Shown: positions 19,993 through 30,044, counted from the stretch's first letter. The stretch is DNA of 64,000 bases from an uncultured Loktanella sp. (GCA_964385035.1 CAYLMZ010000001.1:17833-81832), one strand, 5' to 3'. The notes: generated from the letters alone by a model not told the origin. Program-made: numbers and translations.

Positions 19993-20802
19993 CTATGCCG
20001 CGTCGTAACCGCCAAAAACACGCGCACCGACAAGGCCTGTATCTTCGCTATGGACAACCACACCATCGGCTTGCAGCAAGGCAATCCCATAAGCGCCGGG
20101 TTCATTGGTCGAGATATGGGCGTTTGGGTCTGACAACTCCAGGACACCTTGGTGGCAGGGACTTTTGAACATGCTCCATGGGACACCGCGAGTGCTGCCA
20201 GACATGGTGCGATGAATGTGGCCGCAGATCAGATGCAGGTTGCCGTGGCGGGCAAGCATGTCCAGAAAATCCGCGCCGCCTGCGAGCTTGATCATGTCCA
20301 TCCCGATGATGCCTGTGTCAAACGGGGGATGGTGGATACAAACAATCGCGTGCCGGCCGCCGCGCGTGTCCAATGCGTTTTCCAAAAACGCCAAACGCGC
20401 TTCACAAAGCCGTCCGGCATGATGGCCATCGACAAAGGGCGGACCATCAAGGGAATCAAGTGTGATCAGGCGTGTATCGCCAAAATCCCAATGGCTCTGA
20501 ACGAACCCGTCCGTCTGTGGGGCATCAGGAAAGACACCCAGATACGTATCCCGCCGATCATGATTTCCCATCATAGGAAGCACCGGGATCGGCACGTCCG
20601 CCAGAACACCGCGCAGCCTTTGATATTCTGAGGCCCAGCCATGGTGAGTTAGATCCCCCAAGATGACGATGGCTTGCGCATCGCCATGTGCGGCCAACGC
20701 GGCCTCCAGAACACCACGCAGGCATTCTGCGGGATCAAGACCGATAATCAGATCACCTTCTGTGGTGATATGTGGATCGCTGATAAAGAGAATTTTTTGC
20801 AT
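19993..20802 (-). CDS. Metallophosphoesterase (GpdQ/CpdA-like phosphodiesterase)
   Basis: SDPH, GDL, GNHD, HHPP and GHIH motifs. Confidence 0.88.
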   Translation of the reverse strand: MQKILFISDPHITTEGDLIIGLDPAECLRGVLEAALAAHGDAQAIVILGDLTHHGWASEYQRLRGVLADVPIPVLPMMGNHDRRDTYLGVFPDAPQTDGFVQSHWDFGDTRLITLDSLDGPPFVDGHHAGRLCEARLAFLENALDTRGGRHAIVCIHHPPFDTGIIGMDMIKLAGGADFLDMLARHGNLHLICGHIHRTMSGSTRGVPWSMFKSPCHQGVLELSDPNAHISTNEPGAYGIALLQADGVVVHSEDTGLVGARVFGGYDAA

Positions 20803-20864
20803 GAGACACGCCGCGGCAATGTTGGTCTGCCCCCACCTGACGCGACATGCGATACCATGACAAC

Positions 20865-20894
20865 AAAAAAGGCGCGCGCTCATCATCGCGCGCC
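20865..20894 (-). terminator. Terminator after pyc
   Basis: ggcgcgcg/cgcgcgcc stem with a T-run on the minus strand. Confidence 0.7.
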
Positions 20895-20917
20895 CCCAAT
20901 TTCGTGTGCTTCGCGGC

Positions 20918-23900
20918 TTATTCCAGCTCGACCAACAGATCCTTGGCGTCAATCTGACCGCCTGCCTGAACATGCACGGCCTTGATGACCGCATCGCGCT
21001 CTGCGTGGATGCCGGTTTCCATCTTCATCGCTTCGATGGTCAGTAACAGATCCCCTTCTTTGACCTCTTTGCCGACTTGTGCCGCGACCGTTGCCACAAC
21101 ACCGGGCATCGGGGCGCCGATATGGTTGGTATTGCCTGCTTCGGCCTTGGGGCGGCTGACCTTTTCGGCAGCAGCAAGGCGGTTCATCACGCGGATCGTG
21201 CGCGGTTGCCCGTTGAGTTCAAAGAAGACTTTGACCTCGCCATCTTCGTTCATGTCGGCCACGGCTTGTAGGCGGATTTCCAGCGTTTTTCCCGGATCAA
21301 TCTCGGCCACGATCTCTTCACCCGGTTCCATCCCGTAAAAGAACGTGCGTGTCGGCAAAGTCCGCACTGGCCCGTAGGTCCGGTGGCGGCCCATGTAATC
21401 AAGAAAGACCTTGGGATACATCAGGTAGCCATTCAGGTCTTCATCATCGACGGCCTTGCCTTCCAACTGGCTCGACAGATCGGCACGCACGTTTTCCAGA
21501 TCAACTGGCTTGAGGTGTTTGCCCGGACGGTCGGTGATCGGCTTGTCGCCTTTCAGGACTTTCTTCTGGATCGCCTTTGGCCAGCCACCGGGTGGTTGGC
21601 CAAGATCGCCGTGCATCATCTCAACCACACTGTCGGGAAAGACCACATCAACGGCGGGGTCCTCAACCTGCGCGCGGGTCAGACCTTGAGAGACCATCAT
21701 CAGCGCCATATCGCCCACGACCTTGGAAGATGGCGTGACCTTTACGATATCTCCAAACATCTGGTTCACATCTGCATAGGTCTGCGCGACCTCATGCCAG
21801 CGCTCTTCCAGTCCGAGGGAACGCGCCTGCGCCTTGAGGTTTGTGAACTGCCCGCCTGGCATTTCATGCAGATAAACCTCGGATGCAGGGGCCTGCAGCC
21901 CGCTTTCAAAGGCAGCGTAATGCGCGCGGACCTGTTCGAAGTAGTTGCTGATCTCGCGGATCGCGGCCACATCAAGCCCCGTGTCGCGCTCGGTCCCGCG
22001 CAATGCCTCGACAATCGAACCCAGCGTTGGCTGAGACGTGTTGCCAGAGAGCGCGTCCATCGCGCCGTCCACACAGTCCACGCCAGCAGCGGAGGCTGCG
22101 AGCACCGTCGCGATGGCCGCACCTGATGTATCATGCGTGTGGAAGTGGATCGGAATGCCGACCTCTTCTTTCAGGGCTGTGACAAGTGCCGTGGCCGAGG
22201 CCGGTTTCAAGAGGCCCGCCATGTCTTTCAGGCCCAGGACATGCGCACCTGCCGCCTCAAGCTCTTTTGCCATGCCGACGTAGTATTTCAGATCATACTT
22301 GGACCGGGCCGGGTCCATCAGATCGCCGGTGTAGCAGATCGTGCCCTCACAAACCTTGTTGGCCTTGATCACGGCATCCATCGCTACGCGCATATTCTCA
22401 ACCCAATTCAGGCTGTCGAAGACACGGAATACATCGACGCCAGATTTGGCGGCTTGGGCAACAAAGCTCTGCACCACATTGTCAGGGTAGTTGGTATAGC
22501 CCACGCCATTCGAGGCGCGCAGCAGCATCTGCGTCATGATATTCGGCATGACCGCGCGGATGTCCCGCAGGCGCTGCCAAGGGCATTCCTGCAAGAAGCG
22601 GTAGGCCACATCAAATGTCGCGCCACCCCAGCATTCGACACTGAACAGCCCATGCATCTTGGTCGCATAGGCTGGCGCCGCACCGATCATATCGATGGAC
22701 CGCATCCGTGTCGCGAGCAGAGACTGGTGCCCGTCGCGCATCGTGGTGTCCGTGATCAGCAGTTGCTTCTGATCACGCATCCAGTCGGCCACAGCCTCTG
22801 GCCCGAAGTCATCAAGGATATTGCGGGTGCCGGGTGTGACATCTGTCGTTGGCTTGACCGGTGGTTTTGGCGGTTTGACATCTGCGGCAGGGCGCGGCCG
22901 GCCCGCGGTTTCCGGATGCCCGTTGACCGTGATATCCGCGATATAGGTCAGGATTTTCGTCGCGCGGTCGCGGCGCTTGGAGAACTTGAAAAGGTCCGGC
23001 GTCTCATCAATGAACTTCGTGTGGTATTCATTGTTCAAGAAGATCGGATGCTTAAGCAGGTTTTCCACAAAAGCGATGTTGGTCGAGACACCGCGAATAC
23101 GGAATTCGCGCAAGGCGCGGTCCATGCGGGCGATTGCCATTTCTGGGGTGGGCGCGCGGGCGGTCACTTTGGTCAAGAGCGAGTCGTAGTAGCGTGTGAT
23201 CACTGCACCCGAATAGGCGGTGCCACCGTCCAGACGAATGCCCGGGCCAGTAGCCGAACGATACATCTGGATACGGCCGTAGTCGGGGATGAAGTTGTTC
23301 TGTGGGTCCTCGGTCGTGACACGACATTGCAACGCATGACCATCCAGCTTGACGTCATATTGGCTGGCGCAGCCTGTGGCCTCGACCAATGATTTGCCTT
23401 CGGCGATCAGGATCTGGGCGCGGACGATGTCGATGCCTGTGACTTCTTCGGTGACAGTATGCTCGACCTGCACGCGCGGGTTTACTTCGATGAAGTAGAA
23501 CTCGCCACTGTCCATATCCATCAGGAATTCGACGGTGCCAGCACATTCGTAGTTTACGTGCTGGCAGATTTTTTTGCCCAGATTACACAACTGCTCGCGC
23601 TGGGTGCCGCTCAGGTACGGGGCAGGGGCGCGTTCGACGACCTTCTGGTTGCGGCGCTGCACCGAGCAATCACGCTCCCACAGGTGATAGATCTGGCCAT
23701 GTGTATCCCCAAGGATCTGCACCTCGACATGGCGGGCGCGCATGATCATCTTTTCCAGATAACCTTCGCCATTGCCGAATGCGGCCTCTGCTTCACGACG
23801 ACCCTCAAGGACTTTCTCCTCAAGCTCATCCTCGGACATGATCGGGCGCATGCCACGGCCGCCGCCACCCCAAGAGGCTTTGAGCATCAGCGGATAGCCC

Positions 23901-24361
23901 ACCTCGGCGGCTTCTTTCTTGATGGCGGCCATGTCATCGCCAAGCACCTCTGTGGCGGGGATGACAGGAACGCCTGCTTCGATCGCAACTTGGCGGGCAC
24001 TGGCTTTGTCGCCTAGCGCGCGCATGGTCTCAGACTTGGGGCCGATAAAGGTGATCCCGTTGGCCGCACAGGCATCGACGAAGTCTGGGTTCTCGGACAA
24101 AAGGCCATAACCGGGGTGAATGGCATCAGCACCCGACATCTTGGCTACGCGGATAATCTCATCAATGGAAAGGTAGGCGGCCACTGGGCCCATGCCTTCG
24201 CCGATCCGGTAGGCCTCATCCGCTTTGAAACGGTGTAAACCCAGTTTGTCTTCCTCTGCAAAGACAGCAACAGTCTTTTTGCCCATCTCATTGGCGGCGC
24301 GCATGATCCGGATGGCAATCTCGCCACGGTTGGCAATGAGGATTTTTTTGAAGTCGTTCAT
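20918..24361 (-). CDS. pyc: Pyruvate carboxylase
   Basis: ILIANRGEIA biotin carboxylase domain, DTTMRDGHQSL carboxyltransferase domain, EAMKME biotin site. Confidence 0.97.
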   Translation of the reverse strand: MNDFKKILIANRGEIAIRIMRAANEMGKKTVAVFAEEDKLGLHRFKADEAYRIGEGMGPVAAYLSIDEIIRVAKMSGADAIHPGYGLLSENPDFVDACAANGITFIGPKSETMRALGDKASARQVAIEAGVPVIPATEVLGDDMAAIKKEAAEVGYPLMLKASWGGGGRGMRPIMSEDELEEKVLEGRREAEAAFGNGEGYLEKMIMRARHVEVQILGDTHGQIYHLWERDCSVQRRNQKVVERAPAPYLSGTQREQLCNLGKKICQHVNYECAGTVEFLMDMDSGEFYFIEVNPRVQVEHTVTEEVTGIDIVRAQILIAEGKSLVEATGCASQYDVKLDGHALQCRVTTEDPQNNFIPDYGRIQMYRSATGPGIRLDGGTAYSGAVITRYYDSLLTKVTARAPTPEMAIARMDRALREFRIRGVSTNIAFVENLLKHPIFLNNEYHTKFIDETPDLFKFSKRRDRATKILTYIADITVNGHPETAGRPRPAADVKPPKPPVKPTTDVTPGTRNILDDFGPEAVADWMRDQKQLLITDTTMRDGHQSLLATRMRSIDMIGAAPAYATKMHGLFSVECWGGATFDVAYRFLQECPWQRLRDIRAVMPNIMTQMLLRASNGVGYTNYPDNVVQSFVAQAAKSGVDVFRVFDSLNWVENMRVAMDAVIKANKVCEGTICYTGDLMDPARSKYDLKYYVGMAKELEAAGAHVLGLKDMAGLLKPASATALVTALKEEVGIPIHFHTHDTSGAAIATVLAASAAGVDCVDGAMDALSGNTSQPTLGSIVEALRGTERDTGLDVAAIREISNYFEQVRAHYAAFESGLQAPASEVYLHEMPGGQFTNLKAQARSLGLEERWHEVAQTYADVNQMFGDIVKVTPSSKVVGDMALMMVSQGLTRAQVEDPAVDVVFPDSVVEMMHGDLGQPPGGWPKAIQKKVLKGDKPITDRPGKHLKPVDLENVRADLSSQLEGKAVDDEDLNGYLMYPKVFLDYMGRHRTYGPVRTLPTRTFFYGMEPGEEIVAEIDPGKTLEIRLQAVADMNEDGEVKVFFELNGQPRTIRVMNRLAAAEKVSRPKAEAGNTNHIGAPMPGVVATVAAQVGKEVKEGDLLLTIEAMKMETGIHAERDAVIKAVHVQAGGQIDAKDLLVELE

Positions 24362-24412
24362 CGGTAGTCCCTTCGCAGTTGCAGCACTCGTAAGGGTCAA
24401 TTCCCGATCCGT

Positions 24413-25561
24413 CTATAACGTTTTCTGGGTAGTTCGCAGGCGTTTTGGCACATCTTTGAGCGTTTTTGTGCCCAATTGACCCATATTGCTGATCATATCC
24501 TGTCGCAAAATGTCCACGGCATGGGCCGCCCCAGGTTCCCCCAAAGCGCCAAGGCCATAGTGGAACGCGCGGCCCAACATCACAAAATCGGCCCCCAGTG
24601 CGATGGCGCGCAAGATGTCCAGACCACCTGCGATGCCACTGTCAAAGATCACCGGCAAAGAGGTGGCTGCCCTGATCAAAGGCAGGGTTTCAATACTTGC
24701 GGGCCCACCGTCGAACTGGCGTCCGGCATGGTTGCTGACCCAGATGGCATCTGCGCCTTCGGTTTGCAGCCGTGTGGCGTCGGCGGCGTTGCTGACGCCT
24801 TTGACAACCAGCGGCCCGTCCCAAGCCTCGCGCAGGGATTTGAAGTAATCCCAATCAGGCGATGTGCGCAGCAGATACCCGACATGCTGGTTCGAGGGCA
24901 GGGTGGTTTTCACCTCTGAATAGCTTTCCATCAGGCGCAGGCGGGGCATGCCGGTTTTGCGGATCCCGTTCAGCCAGGCAGGACATTGGGCTGCCTGGAT
25001 CGCCAGGCGCGGCGTCAGTTTTGGGGGCTGGGTCAGACCGCCGCGGGTCTGGCGTTCGCGTCGGGATGCCACCGGCACGTCGACGGTCAGCACCAACGTG
25101 GTAAAGCCCGCACCTTTGGCCCGTCCCAGAATATCATCACGAATAGCCGGATCGCGCGGCGGATAAAGCTGGAACCACGCGTGTTCGCCCGCATGAGGTC
25201 CGACATCTTCGGGCAACTGGCTTGCGACAGTGGAAAGCGTGTAGGGGATGCCCTCTTTTGCTGCCGTCCGGGCCAACATCTGTTCTGCCCCCGGCCAGAT
25301 GAGGCCCGACATGCCGACCGGGGCGATCCCGATGGGGAGCGGATGCTTATGTCCCAAAAGCGTTGTGCTCAGATCCGGATCAAATTCCCCATGCAGGATT
25401 GAGGGGCTCAAAAGGACCTCGTCGAGCTTTCGCCGGTTGCGTGCTTTCGTGGCCTCGACCCCTGTGGCACTGTCCAGATACTCCCACACGAAATGCGGAA
25501 TGCGGCGGCGGGCACGGGATTTGAGGTCAGAGATCGCGGGATAGCGGGTGTGAAGGCTCAT
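24413..25561 (-). CDS. lldD: FMN-dependent alpha-hydroxy acid dehydrogenase (L-lactate dehydrogenase-like)
   Basis: APVG, WFQLY, LTVD, VSNHAGRQFDG and DSGI motifs. Confidence 0.8.
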   Translation of the reverse strand: MSLHTRYPAISDLKSRARRRIPHFVWEYLDSATGVEATKARNRRKLDEVLLSPSILHGEFDPDLSTTLLGHKHPLPIGIAPVGMSGLIWPGAEQMLARTAAKEGIPYTLSTVASQLPEDVGPHAGEHAWFQLYPPRDPAIRDDILGRAKGAGFTTLVLTVDVPVASRRERQTRGGLTQPPKLTPRLAIQAAQCPAWLNGIRKTGMPRLRLMESYSEVKTTLPSNQHVGYLLRTSPDWDYFKSLREAWDGPLVVKGVSNAADATRLQTEGADAIWVSNHAGRQFDGGPASIETLPLIRAATSLPVIFDSGIAGGLDILRAIALGADFVMLGRAFHYGLGALGEPGAAHAVDILRQDMISNMGQLGTKTLKDVPKRLRTTQKTL

Positions 25562-25604
25562 GTTTGGCACGCTATTGCGAATGTGGCATGATTTGCAATC
25601 GTCT

Positions 25605-25642
25605 GGATGCCTCCGGCGGGGATATTTATGGGCCAATAATGA
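25605..25642 (-). repeat. REP-like repeat copy
   Basis: ggatgcctccggcggggatatttatgggccaataatga shares tgcctccggcggg with the 42482 and 61437 copies. Confidence 0.6.
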
Positions 25643-25645
25643 CTG

Positions 25646-25660
25646 GAACGTAAGGAGAAC
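25646..25660 (+). promoter_or_regulatory. Alphaproteobacterial LexA (SOS) box upstream of uvrD
   Basis: GAAC-gtaagga-GAAC, an exact GAAC-N7-GAAC match 40 bp before the start codon. Confidence 0.8.
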
Positions 25661-25700
25661 AAGCCTTTTCACGTGCGCCGAATGGGGCTATGTCAGGAAA

Positions 25701-28148
25701 ATGAGCAGTTTTTCTGAAGACGATGCGTTTGAAGCCGCAGCCGTGCCATTAAGCCAAAGGGCCATGATGCGGCCCGCTGCCCCCTATCTGGATGGGCTCA
25801 ACCCTGCGCAGCGCGAAGCAGTCGAAAAGCTGGACGGCCCTGTTTTGATGCTGGCGGGCGCGGGCACGGGCAAGACAAAAGCGCTGACCACCCGGATCGC
25901 GCATTTGTTGATCACAGGCACCGCCCGTCCGCATGAGATTTTGGCGGTGACCTTTACCAACAAGGCCGCCCGCGAGATGAAATCGCGCATCGGCGGCATG
26001 TTGGGTGAAGCCGTTGAGGGGATGCCATGGCTCGGCACCTTTCATGCGGTGTGTGTGAAGCAGTTGCGCCGCCATGCGGAGTTGGTGGGCTTGAAGTCCA
26101 ATTTCACCATTCTTGATACTGATGATCAGATCCGCCTGATGAAGCAGCTGATCGAAGCCGCCGGGATTGATCACAAACGCTGGCCCGCCCGCATGCTGTC
26201 GGGGATTATCGACGGCTGGAAAAACAAGGCCTGGACGCCCGAAAATGTGCCTGTCTCCGAAAGTGGCGCATTCGACCACAAGGGCGTTGATCTTTACGCC
26301 GCCTACCAGCGTCGCCTGCTGGAGCTGAATGCCGTCGATTTTGGCGACATCCTGCTCCACATGGTCACGATTTTCCAAAAGCACCCCGATGTGCTGGACC
26401 AATACCAGCGCTGGTTCCGCTATATCCTTGTAGACGAGTATCAGGATACAAACGTTGCCCAATACATGTGGCTGCGTTTGCTTGCCTCTGCGCATAAAAA
26501 CATCTGCTGTGTCGGTGACGACGACCAATCGATCTACGGTTGGCGCGGGGCCGAGGTGGGCAATATCCTACGATTCGAAAAGGATTTTCCGGGCGCGCAT
26601 GTGGTGCGGTTGGAAGAGAACTATCGATCGACCGGACATATTCTGGCGGCAGCATCCGGTGTGATTTCCGCCAACAAAGGGCGGCTGGGCAAGACGCTCT
26701 TCACCAGTGGAGAGGACGGCGAAAAGGTCCGCCTCATCGGCCACTGGGACGGCGAAGAAGAGGCCCGCTGGATCGGGGAAGAGATTGAGGCCATGCAACA
26801 CGGCACGCGTGGGATGGAGCCGATTGGGCTTGATCAGATGGCAATCATGGTCCGGTCCACTCAACAGATGCGATCTTTTGAGGATCGCTTCATGGCGATT
26901 GGTTTGCCGTATCGAGTCGTCGGAGGCCCTCGCTTTTATGAGCGTAAAGAGATCAGGGATGCCATCGCCTACCTGCGACTTGCGCTTTCCCCTGAACAAG
27001 ACCTTGCGTTTGATCGGATATTCAACACGCCTAAACGTGGATTGGGTGACAAGGCGTACCAGACTATCCAAGCAACCGCCCGTTCAAACGGTGTTTCTTT
27101 GGTCGAAGGTGCGCGTTTGGTGTGCCAAGGACGATTGCTCAGCGGCAAAGGGCTCAAAGAACTAAAGACACTGGTCGCATCGATTGATCGTTGGCATGCG
27201 CAGGCAATGGCGGAGCCTGACACCCACGTTGAATTGGCCGAGATAGTCCTCGATGAAAGTGGATATACTGGCTCGTTCTTTCTACCTCAGTCGGACGCGG
27301 AGATTGCTTCAGGAGCACGGCCAATTCTAAAAGATGTTGATGCAGAGGGCAGACTTGAGAACCTGAAGGAATTAATTGTCCAACTAGATAGATTTGACAA
27401 TTTGGCGGGATTTCTTGAGCACGTAAGTCTTAGCGTGGATGGCTTCGAAAGTGACGACGTTCAAAAGGTTAGTATAATGACACTCCATGCTGCAAAGGGA
27501 TTGGAGTTTGATGCAGTTTTGTTGCCGGGGTGGGAAGACGGTTTGTTTCCTTCGCAACGCTCAATGGATGAGACCGGACTAAAGGGGCTAGAGGAAGAAC
27601 GTAGGCTAGCCTACGTTGGACTTACAAGGGCTGCCAAGTGCTGTATCATCTCTTTCGCCAGTAACCGGTTGATTTTCTCCAAAGACAACCGTGGTTGGAC
27701 TTCCCAGATGCCTTCCCGGTTTATCGATGAGTTGCCCGAGGATCATGTCGAGGTGCTGACACCGCCGGGTCTTTATGGTGGCGGCTACGGTGCTGCGGGC
27801 ATGTCGGCTAGTGCTTCGCCTGCGATGTCGGGCATGGTCGGATCAACCTTGCATGAAGAGGCGCATAAGGCCGACGTCTATAACTCGCCCGGCTGGCGCC
27901 GTTTGCAGGCCCGCAGCCAGCAGCGCGGTGTTGCTGCCCCCGCCGAGGCACGCAATATGACCATCGATCTCGACGCCGTGAGCGCCTTCACCGAAGGCGA
28001 GCGCGTCTTTCATCAGAAGTTCGGCTATGGTGAGATTATGGGGATCGAGGGCGACAAGCTGGTGATCGAATTTGACAAAGCTGGTTCAAAACATGTTGTT
28101 GCCAAGTTCGTCGTCAGTGCTGATCAGGCCAATGATGTCCCTTTTTAG
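25701..28148 (+). CDS. uvrD: ATP-dependent DNA helicase II (UvrD/PcrA)
   Basis: AGAGTGKT, VDEYQD, VGDDDQSIY, NYRS, TLHAAKGLEF, EERRLAYV and a C-terminal HQKFG Tudor-like domain. Confidence 0.95.
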   Translation: MSSFSEDDAFEAAAVPLSQRAMMRPAAPYLDGLNPAQREAVEKLDGPVLMLAGAGTGKTKALTTRIAHLLITGTARPHEILAVTFTNKAAREMKSRIGGMLGEAVEGMPWLGTFHAVCVKQLRRHAELVGLKSNFTILDTDDQIRLMKQLIEAAGIDHKRWPARMLSGIIDGWKNKAWTPENVPVSESGAFDHKGVDLYAAYQRRLLELNAVDFGDILLHMVTIFQKHPDVLDQYQRWFRYILVDEYQDTNVAQYMWLRLLASAHKNICCVGDDDQSIYGWRGAEVGNILRFEKDFPGAHVVRLEENYRSTGHILAAASGVISANKGRLGKTLFTSGEDGEKVRLIGHWDGEEEARWIGEEIEAMQHGTRGMEPIGLDQMAIMVRSTQQMRSFEDRFMAIGLPYRVVGGPRFYERKEIRDAIAYLRLALSPEQDLAFDRIFNTPKRGLGDKAYQTIQATARSNGVSLVEGARLVCQGRLLSGKGLKELKTLVASIDRWHAQAMAEPDTHVELAEIVLDESGYTGSFFLPQSDAEIASGARPILKDVDAEGRLENLKELIVQLDRFDNLAGFLEHVSLSVDGFESDDVQKVSIMTLHAAKGLEFDAVLLPGWEDGLFPSQRSMDETGLKGLEEERRLAYVGLTRAAKCCIISFASNRLIFSKDNRGWTSQMPSRFIDELPEDHVEVLTPPGLYGGGYGAAGMSASASPAMSGMVGSTLHEEAHKADVYNSPGWRRLQARSQQRGVAAPAEARNMTIDLDAVSAFTEGERVFHQKFGYGEIMGIEGDKLVIEFDKAGSKHVVAKFVVSADQANDVPF

Positions 28149-28744
28149 GTGACCACCATCGGGTAGAGCGATACGATCAGCAAGACCGCCATCGACACGT
28201 TGAACACCCGCAACCGCCGCGCCGTGCCCAGCCATCGCCGCAGTTGTACACCGATCCACGCCCAGACACTGACGGATGGCAAATTCACGGCGGCAAAAAC
28301 CACTGCCACAAAGACGGACCCGACAATGATCCCCCTGTCTTGCGGCGCATAGGCGCTGATGGCCGTGATCGCCATGAACCATGCCTTTGGGTTCACCCAT
28401 TGAAATGCCGCGGCTTGTAGGAATGTGAATGGTTTGCCTGTGACTTCTTTTGCTTGCGGTGGAACCGCATTGGCGATTTTCCATGCCAGCCAAAGCATGT
28501 AAGTTGCGCTCAACACCTTCAATACGATGTTTAAGACCGGATAGGTTTCAAATACCTGCAACAGCACGATCCCCACCATCGCCACCATAAATGCGTGCCC
28601 CAGCGAGATGCCGAACATATGCGGCAAAGTCCGGCGCAACCCGTAGTTCGCCCCGGAAGCCATCAGCATCAGGTTGTTGGGGCCGGGTGTGATGGAGCTT
28701 GCGAAAGCAAAGCCGATGAGTGCGATAAGGATTTCGTAGGTCAT
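28145..28744 (-). CDS. LysE-family amino acid exporter
   Basis: TPGPNN and FQWVNPKAW motifs; hydrophobic. Confidence 0.9.
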   Translation of the reverse strand: MTYEILIALIGFAFASSITPGPNNLMLMASGANYGLRRTLPHMFGISLGHAFMVAMVGIVLLQVFETYPVLNIVLKVLSATYMLWLAWKIANAVPPQAKEVTGKPFTFLQAAAFQWVNPKAWFMAITAISAYAPQDRGIIVGSVFVAVVFAAVNLPSVSVWAWIGVQLRRWLGTARRLRVFNVSMAVLLIVSLYPMVVT

Positions 28745-28816
28745 TGCGCAACATTAGTCGGCAATGCGCGCAATGAAATTGCCAAGTTGTATAGAGATGC
28801 CTTATTTGATCAATTT

Positions 28817-29269
28817 ATGACGGATATTGATCAGATAAACGAAAATATATTGCGCGAGCTATCCCGCGATGGCCGTATGACCAATCTGCAGTTGGCAGAG
28901 GCGGTGGGGCTTTCGCCCTCTGCCTGTCTGCGCCGTGTGCAGGAACTCGAACGCAACGGGACGATCAAAGGGTATCGCGCGCGGCTTGATCCGGCCCGGA
29001 CCGGGCGCGCCTATGTGGTCTATGTGGCTGTGGGTTTGGCCGAGCATACAAAAGCCGCCCAAACGGGCTTTGAACACGCGATGCAGCGCGCCGAAGAGGT
29101 CACAGAATGCCATAACGTTGCGGGGGCGTTTGAATACATGTTGCGCGTCGAGGTGGCTGATTTGCCTGCCTACAAAGCTTTCCATACCGATACGCTTGGC
29201 ACGGTCCCGCATGTCCGTTCGATCACTAGCTACATGGTCATGGGCACCCCCAAAGATACCCGAGCATAA
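28817..29269 (+). CDS. Lrp/AsnC transcriptional regulator
   Basis: LAEAVGLSPSACLRRV HTH and GAFEYMLRV; divergent from lysE. Confidence 0.92.
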   Translation: MTDIDQINENILRELSRDGRMTNLQLAEAVGLSPSACLRRVQELERNGTIKGYRARLDPARTGRAYVVYVAVGLAEHTKAAQTGFEHAMQRAEEVTECHNVAGAFEYMLRVEVADLPAYKAFHTDTLGTVPHVRSITSYMVMGTPKDTRA

Positions 29270-29572
29270 AAAAAACGGCCATGCCCGGGAGGAGGTGGAC
29301 ATGACCGTCTTTATTTACAAACGCGCCACCTAAAGGGAGGAGGCGGTGGAGCGTTTCTTCACCGGTTCAGCGCGGGAGGAGGTGCGCGTCACCCGTGGTA
29401 TTTCTCGGTTCCACCCGGGAGGAGGTGGGTGGTCCCGAATTCTTTGCGGTGGCGACATCCTCAGGGAGGAGTGGATGTCGCCACCGTTTGGTGAGATCCG
29501 CGACAACAGGGAGGAGGAGCGTCAGCGGATCATTCTCAAAGCTACCTAAAGGGAGGAGGCGGTAGCTTTGAA
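29268..29572 (-). ncRNA. Cuckoo (CcsR / alpha-r14-like) RNA array: 7 hairpins with CCUCCUCCC loops
   Basis: GGGAGGAG(G) on the plus strand at about 29287, 29335, 29373, 29417, 29464, 29508 and 29551, each inside an inverted repeat; ends in a T-run; lies downstream of a DUF1127 gene. Confidence 0.9.
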
Positions 29573-29581
29573 ACCGGTATG

Positions 29582-29797
29582 TTAGGCGCCGTAGGCGGCT
29601 TCGTGGGCGATCTTTGTGATCATGGTTGGCGCAATGCCCAGATCGTTGAGTTCGCGGGGTGTCAGGTTTTGCAGTTCGCGCAGCGTGGTGCGGTAGACTT
29701 TGCGCTTGGCAGCGCTTTCGGCCAGACGCTCACGCAGGTTTGCAAAGCGCGTGGTCAGCGCTGGTGCATTTGCGAATGTGTCAGTCAGGATCGTCAT
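29582..29797 (-). CDS. DUF1127 small protein (CcaF1-like)
   Basis: YRTTLRELQNLTPRELNDLGI motif; adjacent to the cuckoo array. Confidence 0.9.
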   Translation of the reverse strand: MTILTDTFANAPALTTRFANLRERLAESAAKRKVYRTTLRELQNLTPRELNDLGIAPTMITKIAHEAAYGA

Positions 29798-29849
29798 TTT
29801 ATCTTCACTTCAATGTTCTCGTGCGGTCATTGCCGCTGTTGTGACCAGT

Positions 29850-29876
29850 ATGTAGGTGAATGCTGCACTTGCACAA
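29850..29876 (-). promoter_or_regulatory. RpoH-type promoter of the DUF1127-cuckoo operon
   Basis: Minus strand TTG-N17-CCTACAT. Confidence 0.6.
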
Positions 29877-29897
29877 TGGCCACCTCGGCAATGCTGC

Positions 29898-29914
29898 TAT
29901 GCAGAAAATGCATA
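29898..29914. promoter_or_regulatory. LysR-type palindromic operator
   Basis: TATGCA-gaaaa-TGCATA (contains T-N11-A) just upstream of the RpoH-like -35. Confidence 0.55.
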
Positions 29915-30044
29915 AGCGAGACTGACCTAACGTCATGGTTCTGCTGCTTATTTGTGCAACCTGCCTTGTTGACCCTTGCGATTTGCGCCTGTCATGCCAG
30001 ATGTGATCAAACACAAAGATAATGATTGACCAAAGGGGTCTGAC

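Noticed and set aside
22133-23392. Long antisense ORFs (419 aa opposite pyc; 403 aa at 45342-46553 opposite murC, and others)
   Set aside because: Shadow ORFs from GC-rich codon bias of conserved genes, with no recognisable motifs.
29268-29572. Regularly spaced GGGAGGAGG repeats as a possible CRISPR array
   Set aside because: The repeat is only 8-9 nt, sits in hairpin loops with self-complementary flanks, and there are no cas genes. It fits cuckoo RNA.
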